A stretch of DNA of 16,718 nt. Source: an uncultured Deinococcales bacterium (GTDB lineage Bacteria; Deinococcota; Deinococci; Deinococcales; JAAFIG01). How positions within the stretch are numbered: position 1 is the first letter of the stretch; each line of letters opens with the position of its first letter. Positions 1-9,001 of the stretch are shown in pieces. Position numbers and translations under genes: made by a program. The stretch lies in assembly GCA_964244895.1 (NCBI GenBank), contig CAXTKV010000104.1, positions 1 through 16,718 of the forward strand, written 5' to 3'. The notes beneath the pieces were generated by a model. It was not told the DNA's origin. It saw nothing but the letters and a program-made list of their open reading frames with translations, and made no database searches.

Positions 1-49
1 TGTTGCGCAGATTGGCTTAGAGGGCGTGCTAGACAAATTCAAACAGGCT

Positions 50-970
50 CTAGACCGTCTCGAGCCTGAGCCGCACCGCGCCCGACATGACCGCGCCAGG
101 TTCCAGGATCACCACGCCCGTGCCGGGAACGCCCTGCGCCATCAGGTTGAAGCCATCCGTGGCGTTGGTGACGGGTTCAATCGCCAGCGCGCCATCCAGC
201 GAGGTGAAGGCCACGACGTGCGAGAAGATCGGGTCGGCGTCCATCACGACGCGCACGGCGTTCGGGTAGGTCAGCACCGCCCGACCGTCCCACGCGCCGA
301 AACCGTGGTTGAGTTGCTGGTCGCCCACGGCCCTCGGGCTCGAGAAATCGAGATCATCGGGCACGGGTTTCATGGCTTCGGTGGGCATGAAGCTGGCGTC
401 CGTCTGGTAGACGCCGCCCGCGTGAAATTGCAGCAGCACGTCGCTTGATCGCCCGACCGTGCGCGCGAAGTACGGGTGCAACCCGAAGCCCGCAGGCATC
501 GGTTCCGGCGAGACGTTGCGCATCTCCAGGCGCGTCTCCAGCGTGTTCCCCTCAAGTTCGTAGACGACGTTCACGGTCACGGCCCACGAAAAATTGAAAT
601 CCGGGTGCGCCCTCGAATCGAACCAGCCTTCCAGGGTTTCCGGGTCGTGCTTGACGAGGGTCCACGGGCGGTTTCGCACGTCGCCATGCTGCGTGTTACC
701 GTCCGGCGCGGTGGATTTGAGTTGGTACTCGCGCCCGGAAAACGCGAACTTGGCGCCCCGAATCCGGTTGGAGAACGGCGCCAGGATGAAGCTCGAGAGG
801 GCGCTGCTGGAGTGTTTCGGTAGCGCTTCGGGCAGCGTGTGGCGCATGATCGGCTCGAAGCCAGCGCCGACGCGCCCGCGCAAATTCACCACGCTCGCGC
901 CGATGTCCGGGGCGATCTCGAGTTGCCAGAATGCGTTCTCGATGCGTTCGATGGTCGGTACTTCGCTCAT
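50..970 (-). CDS. Aldose 1-epimerase (galactose mutarotase-like) family protein
   Basis: 306-aa ORF with family motifs PFSNRIRG, QHGD, GLHPYF and AIEPVT; TAGACT-N6-ATG upstream supports the start. Confidence 0.9.
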   Translation of the reverse strand: MSEVPTIERIENAFWQLEIAPDIGASVVNLRGRVGAGFEPIMRHTLPEALPKHSSSALSSFILAPFSNRIRGAKFAFSGREYQLKSTAPDGNTQHGDVRNRPWTLVKHDPETLEGWFDSRAHPDFNFSWAVTVNVVYELEGNTLETRLEMRNVSPEPMPAGFGLHPYFARTVGRSSDVLLQFHAGGVYQTDASFMPTEAMKPVPDDLDFSSPRAVGDQQLNHGFGAWDGRAVLTYPNAVRVVMDADPIFSHVVAFTSLDGALAIEPVTNATDGFNLMAQGVPGTGVVILEPGAVMSGAVRLRLETV

Positions 971-976
971 GGCTCG

Positions 977-982
977 AGTCTA
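977..982 (-). promoter_or_regulatory. -10 box (TAGACT) 6 nt upstream of ATG, probable leaderless promoter
   Basis: Minus strand reads TAGACT-cgagcc-ATG with no SD; overlaps CTCGAG at 973-978. Confidence 0.65.
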
Positions 983-1160
983 CGACCCGATCCACGCGCA
1001 CGCTCGAGGCGCGCTCACACCATGGCTGGCTCGAGCTATGAACGCCAAACGCGCGATTACCGACTGTCCAGGAAGCTCCATCCGGCCTCGAGCGCGCCCG
1101 CGCAGATTGTTGCGATGCGCCACGGCGTCCCGACCGAGTTCGCGCTGGCCGCTCAAAGAC

Positions 1161-1200
1161 ACCGTCCCGCACGTATTCCAAGGACGCCGTGCTGAACGGT
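1161..1200. repeat. Two-box intergenic element, copy 1 (25-bp spacing)
   Basis: Boxes accgtcc-c-gcacgta (1161-1175) and gccgtgc-t-gaacggt (1186-1200). Confidence 0.75.
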
Positions 1201-1204
1201 GCCC

Positions 1205-2020
1205 TTACGGCTCGAGCCTTTCGGGGACGCGCACGTAATACGGCAGGGCGTAGGCGAGCTGAAACCCGGCGCGTTCGACGTTTCGATAGGAAGGATCGGG
1301 CGGCTCGCGGGTCTCGACGGTCAACCACGAGCACCCGAACGCGATCGCGTCCCGCACGCGCCGCGCGATCATGGCGGCCTGCACGCCGCGACCTCGAGCT
1401 TCGGGCAGGGTCGCGCCGGAGGCCAGCCAGCCCATATTGCCGGCCACCGCCAGCAAGCCCGTGCCGACGGGCGCGTCCCCGTCGTAAGCGATGTAGGCGT
1501 GAAAGTTCGGCTGACCGATCATCGCGGCGTACCAGGCCGAGGACGGATTCTGCCCGAAAGCTTCCGCGTTGATCCGCGCGAACGCGCCCGCATCCTGGAG
1601 ACTGACGCGTTCGACCCGGATGTCGCCCGAAACGGGATTCGGTGCGCTCGCGTCTCGGGCGAAGACGGCCACGCTGAACGCCGGTGTGAACCCCCGAGCC
1701 TTCAACCAGAACGGCAACTGCGCCGGTCGCGCCCCCGGAATGAGCGGCACGCAGTACGGCACGCCCGCCGGATCGAAGGTCTGCACCAACGCGTCCAGCA
1801 GCCCTTCCGTCGCGGGTTCCAGGATGCCGACGCCGTCCGCGCAGGTGTAGTAGGCATCTTCGATGTTGCGCGCCAAAAAGCAGTCAACGCCATTGACCGT
1901 TTTGGCGTCCAGCCCCAGATCCATTGAGCATTCCGGCGGCACGTTCAGGTACAACGCCCGACGGATCTGGTTCAGCAGGACGCTCCGTTGCGCGGCGATG
2001 TCGGAGGAAAGGATACTCAT
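1205..2020 (-). CDS. GNAT family N-acetyltransferase
   Basis: C-terminal acetyl-CoA motif ATLPEARGRGVQ and SYRNVERAGF. Start placed at ATG 2020; the ORF track extends to 2044, so the start is uncertain. Confidence 0.85.
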   Translation of the reverse strand: MSILSSDIAAQRSVLLNQIRRALYLNVPPECSMDLGLDAKTVNGVDCFLARNIEDAYYTCADGVGILEPATEGLLDALVQTFDPAGVPYCVPLIPGARPAQLPFWLKARGFTPAFSVAVFARDASAPNPVSGDIRVERVSLQDAGAFARINAEAFGQNPSSAWYAAMIGQPNFHAYIAYDGDAPVGTGLLAVAGNMGWLASGATLPEARGRGVQAAMIARRVRDAIAFGCSWLTVETREPPDPSYRNVERAGFQLAYALPYYVRVPERLEP

Positions 2021-2336
2021 GGGCGTCTGGGGCGAGAATAACACCTGCCCTGCCGCGTGCGACGCACCACCTCGCGGGTCTCGGAACCCCTTTTATCGAT
2101 GCTCGAGCTTGCCGATTTGGGCGCAAAGAAACGTCTCAGAAGAGCCCAGAATGGCGCATCCGTGCCGAGTTCATTGCGCCTCAAGTTTCAGATGTTCTCG
2201 CCGATCTGCTCGCGTTCCCGGCGCAAGATGCGCGCCTCGCATTTCGCGCTGCTGATGTTCACCGCGCCCGCTGCTCGGGCTGCGATGCCTCGGGTGTTTC
2301 CCAACATCGTTCTGAAACGCTGAGTGCCCCACGAAG

Positions 2337-2386
2337 ACCGTCCGGGACGCCGCCTTTTATCATCAGAAAATACTGTCCCGGACGGT
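2337..2386. repeat. Two-box intergenic element, copy 2 (35-bp spacing)
   Basis: Boxes accgtcc-g-ggacgcc (2337-2351) and actgtcc-c-ggacggt (2372-2386). Confidence 0.8.
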
Positions 2387-2408
2387 CTTCTCGTGCGACA
2401 CAAAACGA

Positions 2409-2425
2409 TTCTGCCCAGGGCAGAA
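2409..2425. promoter_or_regulatory. RDRM-like 17-bp palindrome (putative DdrO operator) in the uvrD/pcrA promoter
   Basis: TTCTGCCC-A-GGGCAGAA has perfect 8-bp arms, the RDRM length and TTCTG...CAGAA ends. It lies 7 bp upstream of the -10 box. uvrD is an RDR regulon gene in Deinococcus. Confidence 0.6.
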
Positions 2426-2432
2426 ACGGCGG

Positions 2433-2438
2433 TATACT
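2433..2438 (+). promoter_or_regulatory. -10 box (TATACT) of pcrA/uvrD
   Basis: TATACT lies 9 nt upstream of ATG 2448 with no SD in between. Confidence 0.6.
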
Positions 2439-2447
2439 CCCCTCGCC

Positions 2448-4676
2448 ATGACTGACACCGCCCCAAGTTTGCTCGACCAGTTGAACCCCGCCCAACGAGA
2501 GGCCGCCGCGCACTACGAAGGCCCCGCGCTGGTCGTGGCGGGTGCCGGGTCGGGCAAGACGCGCACCGTGGTGCACCGCATCGGACATTTGATGGAACAT
2601 CACGGGGTTTACCCCACCGAAATCCTGGCAGTCACCTTCACCAACAAAGCCGCAGGCGAGATGAAACACCGCGTGGTCGAGCTGGTTGGGCCGCAAGCTG
2701 ATCAACTCTGGGTCAGCACTTTTCACAGCGCTGGCGTGCGCATTCTGCGCGTCTACGGCGAATTCGTCGGATTGAAATCCGGCTTCGTGATTTACGACGA
2801 CGGCGATCAGCTCGACGTTCTCAAAACCGTGCTGGACGGTATCCCGAGCGCCGCCGACACCAACCCGCGCTACCTGCGCAGCGTGATCGACCGCGCCAAA
2901 TCCAACCTCTGGACGCCGGATGACCTGGCCCGCGAAGCCGAGGACTGGATTTCCGGCATGCCTCGAGAGGTCGCCGTCGAAGGCTACCGGCGCTACCAGA
3001 GCGCCATGCGCCGCGCCAACGCGATCGACTTCGGGGATTTGCTGTCCTTGACCGTGCAACTCTTCCGGGATCACGCACAAGTGCTGGACAAGGTGCAGCA
3101 ACGCGCCGTGTTCATCCACGTGGACGAATACCAGGACACGAACAAGGCGCAATACGAATTCGCGCGTTTGCTGGCCGACAAATACCGCAACCTGCTGGTG
3201 GTCGGCGACCCGGATCAATCGATTTACCGCTTCCGCGGTGCGGACATCCAGAACATCCTGGATTACCAGCACGATTACCCGGACGCCGTGATCTACCGCC
3301 TGGAAGAAAACTACCGCTCTAACGCGCGCATCTTGCAGATCGCCAACAAGGTGATCGCCCAGAACACGGAACGCCTCGAGAAAGTGCTGCGCCCCGTCAA
3401 ACCCGAAGGCGAACCCGTGCGCTTCTACCGCGCACCCGACCACCGCGCTGAGGCCGATTTCGTCTCCAACCGCGTCGAGCACCTGCGCGGCACGGGCGTC
3501 AGCTTGGACAAGATCAGCATCCTGTACCGCACCAACGCGCAATCCAGGGCGCTCGAGGAACGATTCTTGAGATCCAGCATCCCCGTGCGGTTGGTCGGCG
3601 GCGTCAGTTTCTACGACCGCCAGGAAATCAGGGACATCCTCTCGTTCGCGCGGCTGGCCATCAACCCAGACGACGACATCAGCCTGAAGCGATCCATCAA
3701 ACGCCCCAAACGCGGCATCGGCGATTCCAGCGTCACCAAGCTCGAGGAATGGGCCAGGGCCAACCGCGTCAGCCTGTTCACCGCTTTCGGTCGAGCCGAT
3801 GAAATCCTGGAGCGCGGCGGCAAGAACGCCCAGGAGTTCCACAAACTGATCTCCGAACTGGGCGAATACGCCCAGGAGAACGACGCCGAAGCCTTTTTGA
3901 AACTCACCATCGACGCGACCGGCTACGTCGAGATGCTCAAAGCGGATCTCAAAACGGGCAGCAAGCAGGAAGCCGAAGCCCGCCTGGAAAACCTGAACGA
4001 ACTGGTGAACGCCGCCAGCGAGTGGGGCAACGAAAACAACCACGGCCCCATAGAAGCCTACCTGGACGACGCCGCGCTGCTGTCCAGCGTGGACGACGCC
4101 CGCACCAAACGCAACAACAAGGACGTGCCCGAAGAGGCCGTGACCTTCATGACGATGCACAACGCCAAGGGCCTCGAGTTCGAGCAGGTCTTCATCGTCG
4201 GTCTGGAAGAAGGGCTCTTGCCGCACCGATCGAGCATCGTGGAACCCGGCGGCATCGAAGAGGAACGCCGCTTGTTCTACGTCGGCATCACCCGCGCCAT
4301 GGATTCCCTGACCATGACCATGGCCGATTCCCGGCAGGTCTACGGCAAGACCATGCCATCCGAAGCATCGCGGTTTCTCGAGGACATCCCCAAAGACCTG
4401 ATCGTGCCCGTCAACCTGTTCAATCAGCCTCTGGCCGACGCGCCCGTGGACGCGCACCGCGTGCCACCGCACCTTCAGGCGGAACTCGAGAAGGCGGGCG
4501 GCGTGGTCAGCGCCCTCAAAGGTGGCGAACGCGTCAAGCACCCGAAATTCGGCGTCGGTCGCGTGCTGGGCATCACCGGTCAGGGTGAGCGCCAGGAAGC
4601 CATGATCGCGTTTGATGGCGGCGTGGGCACGAAGAAATTGTTGATCAAATACGCGAGTCTGGTGTTCGCAACGTAA
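2448..4676 (+). CDS. uvrD: ATP-dependent DNA helicase PcrA/UvrD (SF1A)
   Basis: 742 aa with motifs LNPAQ, AGAGSGKT, VTFTNKAA, VDEYQD, VGDPDQSIY, NYRS, TMHNAKGLEF, EERRLFYVGITRA, plus a C-terminal Tudor-like domain (RVKHPKFGVG). Confidence 0.97.
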   Translation: MTDTAPSLLDQLNPAQREAAAHYEGPALVVAGAGSGKTRTVVHRIGHLMEHHGVYPTEILAVTFTNKAAGEMKHRVVELVGPQADQLWVSTFHSAGVRILRVYGEFVGLKSGFVIYDDGDQLDVLKTVLDGIPSAADTNPRYLRSVIDRAKSNLWTPDDLAREAEDWISGMPREVAVEGYRRYQSAMRRANAIDFGDLLSLTVQLFRDHAQVLDKVQQRAVFIHVDEYQDTNKAQYEFARLLADKYRNLLVVGDPDQSIYRFRGADIQNILDYQHDYPDAVIYRLEENYRSNARILQIANKVIAQNTERLEKVLRPVKPEGEPVRFYRAPDHRAEADFVSNRVEHLRGTGVSLDKISILYRTNAQSRALEERFLRSSIPVRLVGGVSFYDRQEIRDILSFARLAINPDDDISLKRSIKRPKRGIGDSSVTKLEEWARANRVSLFTAFGRADEILERGGKNAQEFHKLISELGEYAQENDAEAFLKLTIDATGYVEMLKADLKTGSKQEAEARLENLNELVNAASEWGNENNHGPIEAYLDDAALLSSVDDARTKRNNKDVPEEAVTFMTMHNAKGLEFEQVFIVGLEEGLLPHRSSIVEPGGIEEERRLFYVGITRAMDSLTMTMADSRQVYGKTMPSEASRFLEDIPKDLIVPVNLFNQPLADAPVDAHRVPPHLQAELEKAGGVVSALKGGERVKHPKFGVGRVLGITGQGERQEAMIAFDGGVGTKKLLIKYASLVFAT

Positions 4677-4680
4677 GAAC

Positions 4681-4721
4681 ACCGTCCCAGACGCAACCTC
4701 GAGAACACTGTCCTATATGGC
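4681..4721. repeat. Two-box intergenic element, copy 3 (26-bp spacing)
   Basis: Boxes accgtcc-c-agacgca (4681-4695) and degenerate actgtcc-t-atatggc (4707-4721); CTCGAG at 4698 and 4724. Confidence 0.65.
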
Positions 4722-4730
4722 GTCTCGAGC

Positions 4731-4736
4731 TAAAAT
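4731..4736 (+). promoter_or_regulatory. -10 box (TAAAAT) 5 nt upstream of ATG, probable leaderless promoter
   Basis: TAAAAT-agagc-ATG(4742). Confidence 0.65.
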
Positions 4737-4741
4737 AGAGC

Positions 4742-5305
4742 ATGACCTTCGTACGATCCGTGATGTGGAAATCCCTCGAAGAAACGGGACTTGAGATCTT
4801 CGAGCTCTACCAGCGCCCGGAAAAGAATCGGTGGCGGCTCGAAGGGACAACGCTGACGACCTTCGATGGCGCACCCGCGCAGGTGATATACATCATTTCC
4901 TGCGACGAGGATTGGCAAACCAGGGACGTGCGCATCGCCGTTCATCGGCAGCCCGACGCGCACCTCGCGTTGAGACGAAAGAAACGCTGGTTCGTGAACA
5001 ATCAGGTGCGTTTAGACCTCAAAGATTGTGTTGACGTGGATCTGGGCATCACGCCCGCCACGAACACGCTCCCAATCCGGCGTCTGAACCTTTCCATCGG
5101 TGAATCCAGAGAAGTCACGGCGGCCTGGGTGCGCTTCCCGAATCTGGACGTGCAACCGCTCACTCAGACGTACACCCGCCTGAGCGAATTCGAGTACCGT
5201 TACCGGAGCCCAAATTTCGAGACGCGCGTTTTGGTGGATGATCTGGGCTTGGTCGTGGAATACGAACAGGGCTGGACGCGGGTCTCAAGCTCGAGTGCGC
5301 CCTGA
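4742..5305 (+). CDS. Putative glycolipid-binding domain protein (DUF1089 / PA1994-like)
   Basis: 187 aa with signature DVDLGITPATNTLPIRRL, plus QTYTR and VDDLGLVVEY. Confidence 0.8.
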   Translation: MTFVRSVMWKSLEETGLEIFELYQRPEKNRWRLEGTTLTTFDGAPAQVIYIISCDEDWQTRDVRIAVHRQPDAHLALRRKKRWFVNNQVRLDLKDCVDVDLGITPATNTLPIRRLNLSIGESREVTAAWVRFPNLDVQPLTQTYTRLSEFEYRYRSPNFETRVLVDDLGLVVEYEQGWTRVSSSSAP

Positions 5306-5307
5306 GC

Positions 5308-5347
5308 ACCGTCCAGCACGCGAGTTTAAGAATGCGTCCTGAACGGT
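5308..5347. repeat. Two-box intergenic element, copy 4 (25-bp spacing)
   Basis: Boxes accgtcc-a-gcacgcg (5308-5322) and tgcgtcc-t-gaacggt (5333-5347), between convergent genes. It is followed by a T-run, so it may also act as a terminator. Confidence 0.8.
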
Positions 5348-5383
5348 GTTTTTATGAAATTGCATCCCACGAGAGGGGCACTC

Positions 5384-7291
5384 TTAGTCGCCCGAAACTG
5401 GCAACTTCCCCGGCCTGACGCCCAGACTCTCGAGCACCGCTTTGATCCCCGCCACGTCGATCCCGGCTTTCTTGTGCAAGCTGGGCACTTCGGCGTGTTC
5501 CATGAAGTGATCCGGGATGCCCAGAACGCGCACGTCGGGTTTCAGATCGCGCGAAGCCAGGAACTCGAGCACCGCGCTGCCGAATCCGCCGCGCACGCTG
5601 TTGTCCTCGACGGTGACGATGGCGCGGGCGGTGCGCCCGATGGTCTCGAGCATGGTTTCGTCCAGGGGTTTGATGAATCGGGCGTTGACCACGCCGACGC
5701 CCTGCACGTCTTTGACGGCTTCCAGAGCGTAAAGAAGCGTGTTTCCGCTGGACAGGATCACGACATCGTGACCGTCCACCAGGCGTTCCCAGCTGCCCCA
5801 TTCGATCTCGGGCCAGGTTCCGGCGGGCGCGGGTTGGACGCTGCCGCGCGGGTAGCGGATCGCCACGGGGCCGCCCTTCTCGAGGGCTTTTTTCATCATG
5901 GCGCGCAGTTCCAGGGCGTCCTTGGGCGCGGCCACGCTGACGTTCGGGATGGCGCGCATGAAGGAGATGTCGAAGACGCCGTGGTGCGTGGGGCCGTCCG
6001 CGCCGACCACGCCCGCGCGGTCGATGGCGAACATCACGTCCAGGTTTTCGATGGCCACGTCGTGGATGACGTGATCGAAGCCGCGCTGCAAGAAGGTGCT
6101 GTAGATCGCCACGATCGGCTTCATGCCGCGCAAGGCCATGCCCGCCGCCGCCGTGACCGCGACTTCTTCGGCGATGCCGACATCCAGGTAACGGTCGGGG
6201 TGCTTGTGGGCGAATTCGACCAGACCGGAACCCTCGCGCATGGCGGGCGTGATCACGTACACGTCGCGGCGGGCGTCGGCCAGTTCGATCGCCGCGTCAC
6301 CGAAGGCGTTCGACCAGGTGTAGCCCTTCTTGGCTTCCAATGGCGTGCCGGGATCGAACTTGGCGGGGCTGTGCCAGTAGATCGGGTCTTCCTCGGCCAC
6401 GTCCATGCCTTTGCCCTTGCGGGTGACGATGTGCAGCATGGTCGGGCCTTCGAGTTCCTTGATGTGCTCGAGCCAGTACACGAGTTGCTTGACATCGTGC
6501 CCGTCGACGGGTCCGACGTAGCGGATGCCCATGGCGGTGAACGGGTTGCGGCTGTGCGGGTCAAAGAACGTGCGCGCGGCGTCTTTGGCGCGGGTGATCA
6601 TCTGCTCCAGAGGACGGCTGAAGCGGCGCACGAACTGCTTGCCGCCTTTTTCGGCGCTCTGGAACCACTTCTGGACTTGCAGCGTGCGGAAGTATTTGTT
6701 CAGCGCGCCGACGTTTTCGCTGATGCTCATCTCGTTGTCGTTCAGCACGATCAGCATCTGGGTTTGCTTGTAGCCGATGTTGTTCAAGGCCGCCAGCGCC
6801 ATGCCGCCCGTCAGCGCGCCGTCACCGATCACGGCCACGATGTGGACGGGATCGGGGGTCTGGCCCTTCGCGCGCACATCCGCAGCCAGCGCGTCGCGCG
6901 CCAGCGCCATGCCGAAGGCGTTGGCCAGGCTGGTGCTGGCGTGCCCGACGGTGATGGCGTCGTGGACGGATTCGGAAACCTTGGTGAACCCGGCCAGACC
7001 GCCCTCTTTTTTGATGCTGTCCATCTGGTCTTTGCGCCCGGTCAGGATCTTGTGGCCGTAGGCCTGGTGGCCGACATCCCAGAGGATGCGGTCGCGCGGG
7101 CTTTCGAAGACGTGGTGGAGCGCGACCGTCAATTCCGCCGTGCCGAGCGACGACGCGAGATGCAGCCCACCGCGTGAACACACCCGGATGATCTCCGAGC
7201 GCAACTCTTCGGCAAGCTGAGGAAGCTCGTCTATGTCGAGCTTCTTGACATCTTCAGGCCAGTTGACCTGCTCGAGCACGCTCTTGGTCAT
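5384..7291 (-). CDS. dxs: 1-deoxy-D-xylulose-5-phosphate synthase
   Basis: Motifs [27 protein letters not shown]-binding [15 protein letters not shown]...LNDN, VGIAEE and DRAG..GADGPTH. Start could alternatively be ATG 7300. Confidence 0.97.
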   Translation of the reverse strand: MTKSVLEQVNWPEDVKKLDIDELPQLAEELRSEIIRVCSRGGLHLASSLGTAELTVALHHVFESPRDRILWDVGHQAYGHKILTGRKDQMDSIKKEGGLAGFTKVSESVHDAITVGHASTSLANAFGMALARDALAADVRAKGQTPDPVHIVAVIGDGALTGGMALAALNNIGYKQTQMLIVLNDNEMSISENVGALNKYFRTLQVQKWFQSAEKGGKQFVRRFSRPLEQMITRAKDAARTFFDPHSRNPFTAMGIRYVGPVDGHDVKQLVYWLEHIKELEGPTMLHIVTRKGKGMDVAEEDPIYWHSPAKFDPGTPLEAKKGYTWSNAFGDAAIELADARRDVYVITPAMREGSGLVEFAHKHPDRYLDVGIAEEVAVTAAAGMALRGMKPIVAIYSTFLQRGFDHVIHDVAIENLDVMFAIDRAGVVGADGPTHHGVFDISFMRAIPNVSVAAPKDALELRAMMKKALEKGGPVAIRYPRGSVQPAPAGTWPEIEWGSWERLVDGHDVVILSSGNTLLYALEAVKDVQGVGVVNARFIKPLDETMLETIGRTARAIVTVEDNSVRGGFGSAVLEFLASRDLKPDVRVLGIPDHFMEHAEVPSLHKKAGIDVAGIKAVLESLGVRPGKLPVSGD

Positions 7292-7421
7292 ATGCTCCAT
7301 TCTTATCACTTTTGACCCGTGACGTTTGACTGTTTCGCCTACGATTTCGGGTTTTATTGCGCTTTTATGCCCCAGATTGGTGTTCCGGATTGCCCCCGCT
7401 TGCCAATCTCGGGTCTTCCGG

Positions 7422-8099
7422 TTAGAAGTTCTTGCGGTACAGGATCAGCCCTTCCTTGGTGCGAACCTCACCGATCTTCGGGGCGAAATAGATCACGCTG
7501 GTCAGGCGCTCGCCGGAGGACAGCGTGCCCTCGTAGTTGATCACGACCGTGTCGTAGGTGGTGTCGCCGACCTTGTACTTTTCGGTGTTCAGCACGCGGT
7601 AGCGTTCGCTGAGTTGCACCACCGTCTCCTGACCTTTGGGCAGGGTGGTGGTGATCTTCGAGTTGTTGCCCCAACTGAAGCCCTTGACCAGTTGGCCTTC
7701 GGGCGGGTACTCGAGGATCGGTGGGTCGTAACTGACCGTCACGAAATCCGGCGAATCCCAGCCGTAGAGTTGCACGCCACCGGATGAAAAATCGCGGTAG
7801 TAAACGCGGTCCCCGGCGCGCCCAAAGAAGCGCACCCCGGTCAGGATCTTGCCCCTGAAGGCGCGTTGGCCTTCGACCCGCAGCTCGAACGGCGGGCTGT
7901 TCGGATCGATCGTGCCGTCGGCGGCGGCGGGCAGGTACGTCCACGACAGGCCCGTGCTGGACGGATAAAAAGTCGATTGCTCGCCCGTGATCACGCCCGT
8001 ACCGACGCGCGGTGCCGGAGCGGTTTCGGCGGGGCCGCAGGCGGTCGCGATGATGGGCAAACTGAGGGCGAGAACGATGATTGGCTGAAAAAAACGCAT
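7422..8099 (-). CDS. Hypothetical lipoprotein
   Basis: MRFFQP followed by a hydrophobic stretch and lipobox-like ATAC; GGAGG SD upstream of ATG 8099; beta-rich mature part. Confidence 0.75.
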   Translation of the reverse strand: MRFFQPIIVLALSLPIIATACGPAETAPAPRVGTGVITGEQSTFYPSSTGLSWTYLPAAADGTIDPNSPPFELRVEGQRAFRGKILTGVRFFGRAGDRVYYRDFSSGGVQLYGWDSPDFVTVSYDPPILEYPPEGQLVKGFSWGNNSKITTTLPKGQETVVQLSERYRVLNTEKYKVGDTTYDTVVINYEGTLSSGERLTSVIYFAPKIGEVRTKEGLILYRKNF

Positions 8100-8302
8100 C
8101 TGTACCTCCACTGTAGGCGCGTGGTTGGCGCTCAACTGTTCGTCTCGCGACCAACGGTCTGTGAGCGCGCTCGGCTCGGGTTACATCATCCAGGATCGGT
8201 TTGGGTGGCGCGGGTCATTCGTGGGTTCACATCGATGATCGGGTTCGGTGGTCGGCTCAGGAATCGTGGCTCGAGTCTGAAACCAAGTCGTGAGAATCGG
8301 GC

Positions 8303-8336
8303 TCAGAGATGGGGTTCAGAGGTTGAGCTCAGAGGT
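8303..8336. repeat. Three 13-bp-period copies of the stop-codon context of the 8329-8886 gene
   Basis: TCAGAG at 8303, 8316 and 8329; minus strand reads ACCTCTGA, ACCTCTGA, ATCTCTGA. Confidence 0.5.
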
Positions 8337-8886
8337 CGCGCAGTTGATCGGTGGCGGTCTCGATCCGGCTGGCCGAACCGGATTCCAGTTCGATGGCGGC
8401 CAGCTCGAGCGCGCCCAGGAGTTCCGCGCGCCGGGTGGTCATCTCCTCGAGGTCCTGCACCAACGGTGCGCGGATCGGGTCGCGGCTGGCTTCGAGGCGC
8501 AACCTCGGCAGGTCGTAGCGTTCCAGGTACTCCTCGAGCCGCGCGACCTCGACCGCCAACGGTGCGGCGCTGCTGACCAGTTCCGTACCGAGCATGATCG
8601 TGTTCGGCTGCCATTCGGGTTGAGGTTGCTTCGAGCCCCACATCATCACGGGCGCGGCTTTCCGCTGCCCGATTTCCAGGCGTTCGTGGGCCGCGATCAT
8701 GCGCTCCAGCGGCTCGCGGGCGCTCTCGGGCAGGCCGTCCAGCAGGGCGCGCAGGTCGATTTCCGGTTCTTCGGGTCGGTGAACCTCGCGCTCAATGGAG
8801 GTTTCAGGCTGGCCCGAGTACCGCCACCACCCGCCGACCGCGATCAGCAAGGCCACGATCAAAACCACCGTTCCCGTGTCTGGCAT
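8329..8886 (-). CDS. Hypothetical membrane-anchored protein
   Basis: 185 aa with an N-terminal TM segment (VVLIVALLIAVGGWW) and a helical Leu/Glu-rich remainder; TATCGT-N6-ATG upstream. Confidence 0.7.
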   Translation of the reverse strand: MPDTGTVVLIVALLIAVGGWWRYSGQPETSIEREVHRPEEPEIDLRALLDGLPESAREPLERMIAAHERLEIGQRKAAPVMMWGSKQPQPEWQPNTIMLGTELVSSAAPLAVEVARLEEYLERYDLPRLRLEASRDPIRAPLVQDLEEMTTRRAELLGALELAAIELESGSASRIETATDQLRDL

Positions 8887-8892
8887 CCGCTC

Positions 8893-8898
8893 ACGATA
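8893..8898 (-). promoter_or_regulatory. -10 box (TATCGT) 6 nt upstream of ATG, probable leaderless promoter
   Basis: Minus strand reads TATCGT-gagcgg-ATG(8886). Confidence 0.55.
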
Positions 8899-8957
8899 CG
8901 CGACCCACCCGCCCCGAGTTGCCGGGTCAGGCTCGAGAATCGGCGAAGCTCGAGAGC

Positions 8958-8997
8958 ACCGTCCAGTGGATAAATCAAAAACAGTGTGCTGGACGGT
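8958..8997. repeat. Two-box intergenic element, copy 5 (25-bp spacing)
   Basis: Boxes accgtcc-a-gtggata and agtgtgc-t-ggacggt; the outer arms form a 13-bp perfect inverted repeat (8954-8966 / 8989-9001). Confidence 0.8.
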
Positions 8998-9001
8998 GCT
9001 C

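Noticed and set aside
1205..2020. GNAT genes as toxin-antitoxin or defence components
   Set aside because: There is no adjacent RHH/DUF1778 antitoxin or defence gene, and the context is metabolic.
2185..2318. Inverted repeat GTTTCAGA...TCTGAAAC enclosing ~120 bp, as a possible ncRNA or MITE
   Set aside because: Only 8 bp pair perfectly, with no target duplication or second copy, so it is too weak to call.
2259..4682. 807-aa minus-strand ORF
   Set aside because: It is the antisense shadow of uvrD/pcrA, typical of high-GC codon usage, and has no recognisable motifs.
5354..7177. 607-aa plus-strand ORF
   Set aside because: It is the antisense shadow of dxs.
7292..7421. TPP riboswitch upstream of dxs
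   Set aside because: The CUGAGA and other conserved TPP aptamer motifs are absent from the minus strand.
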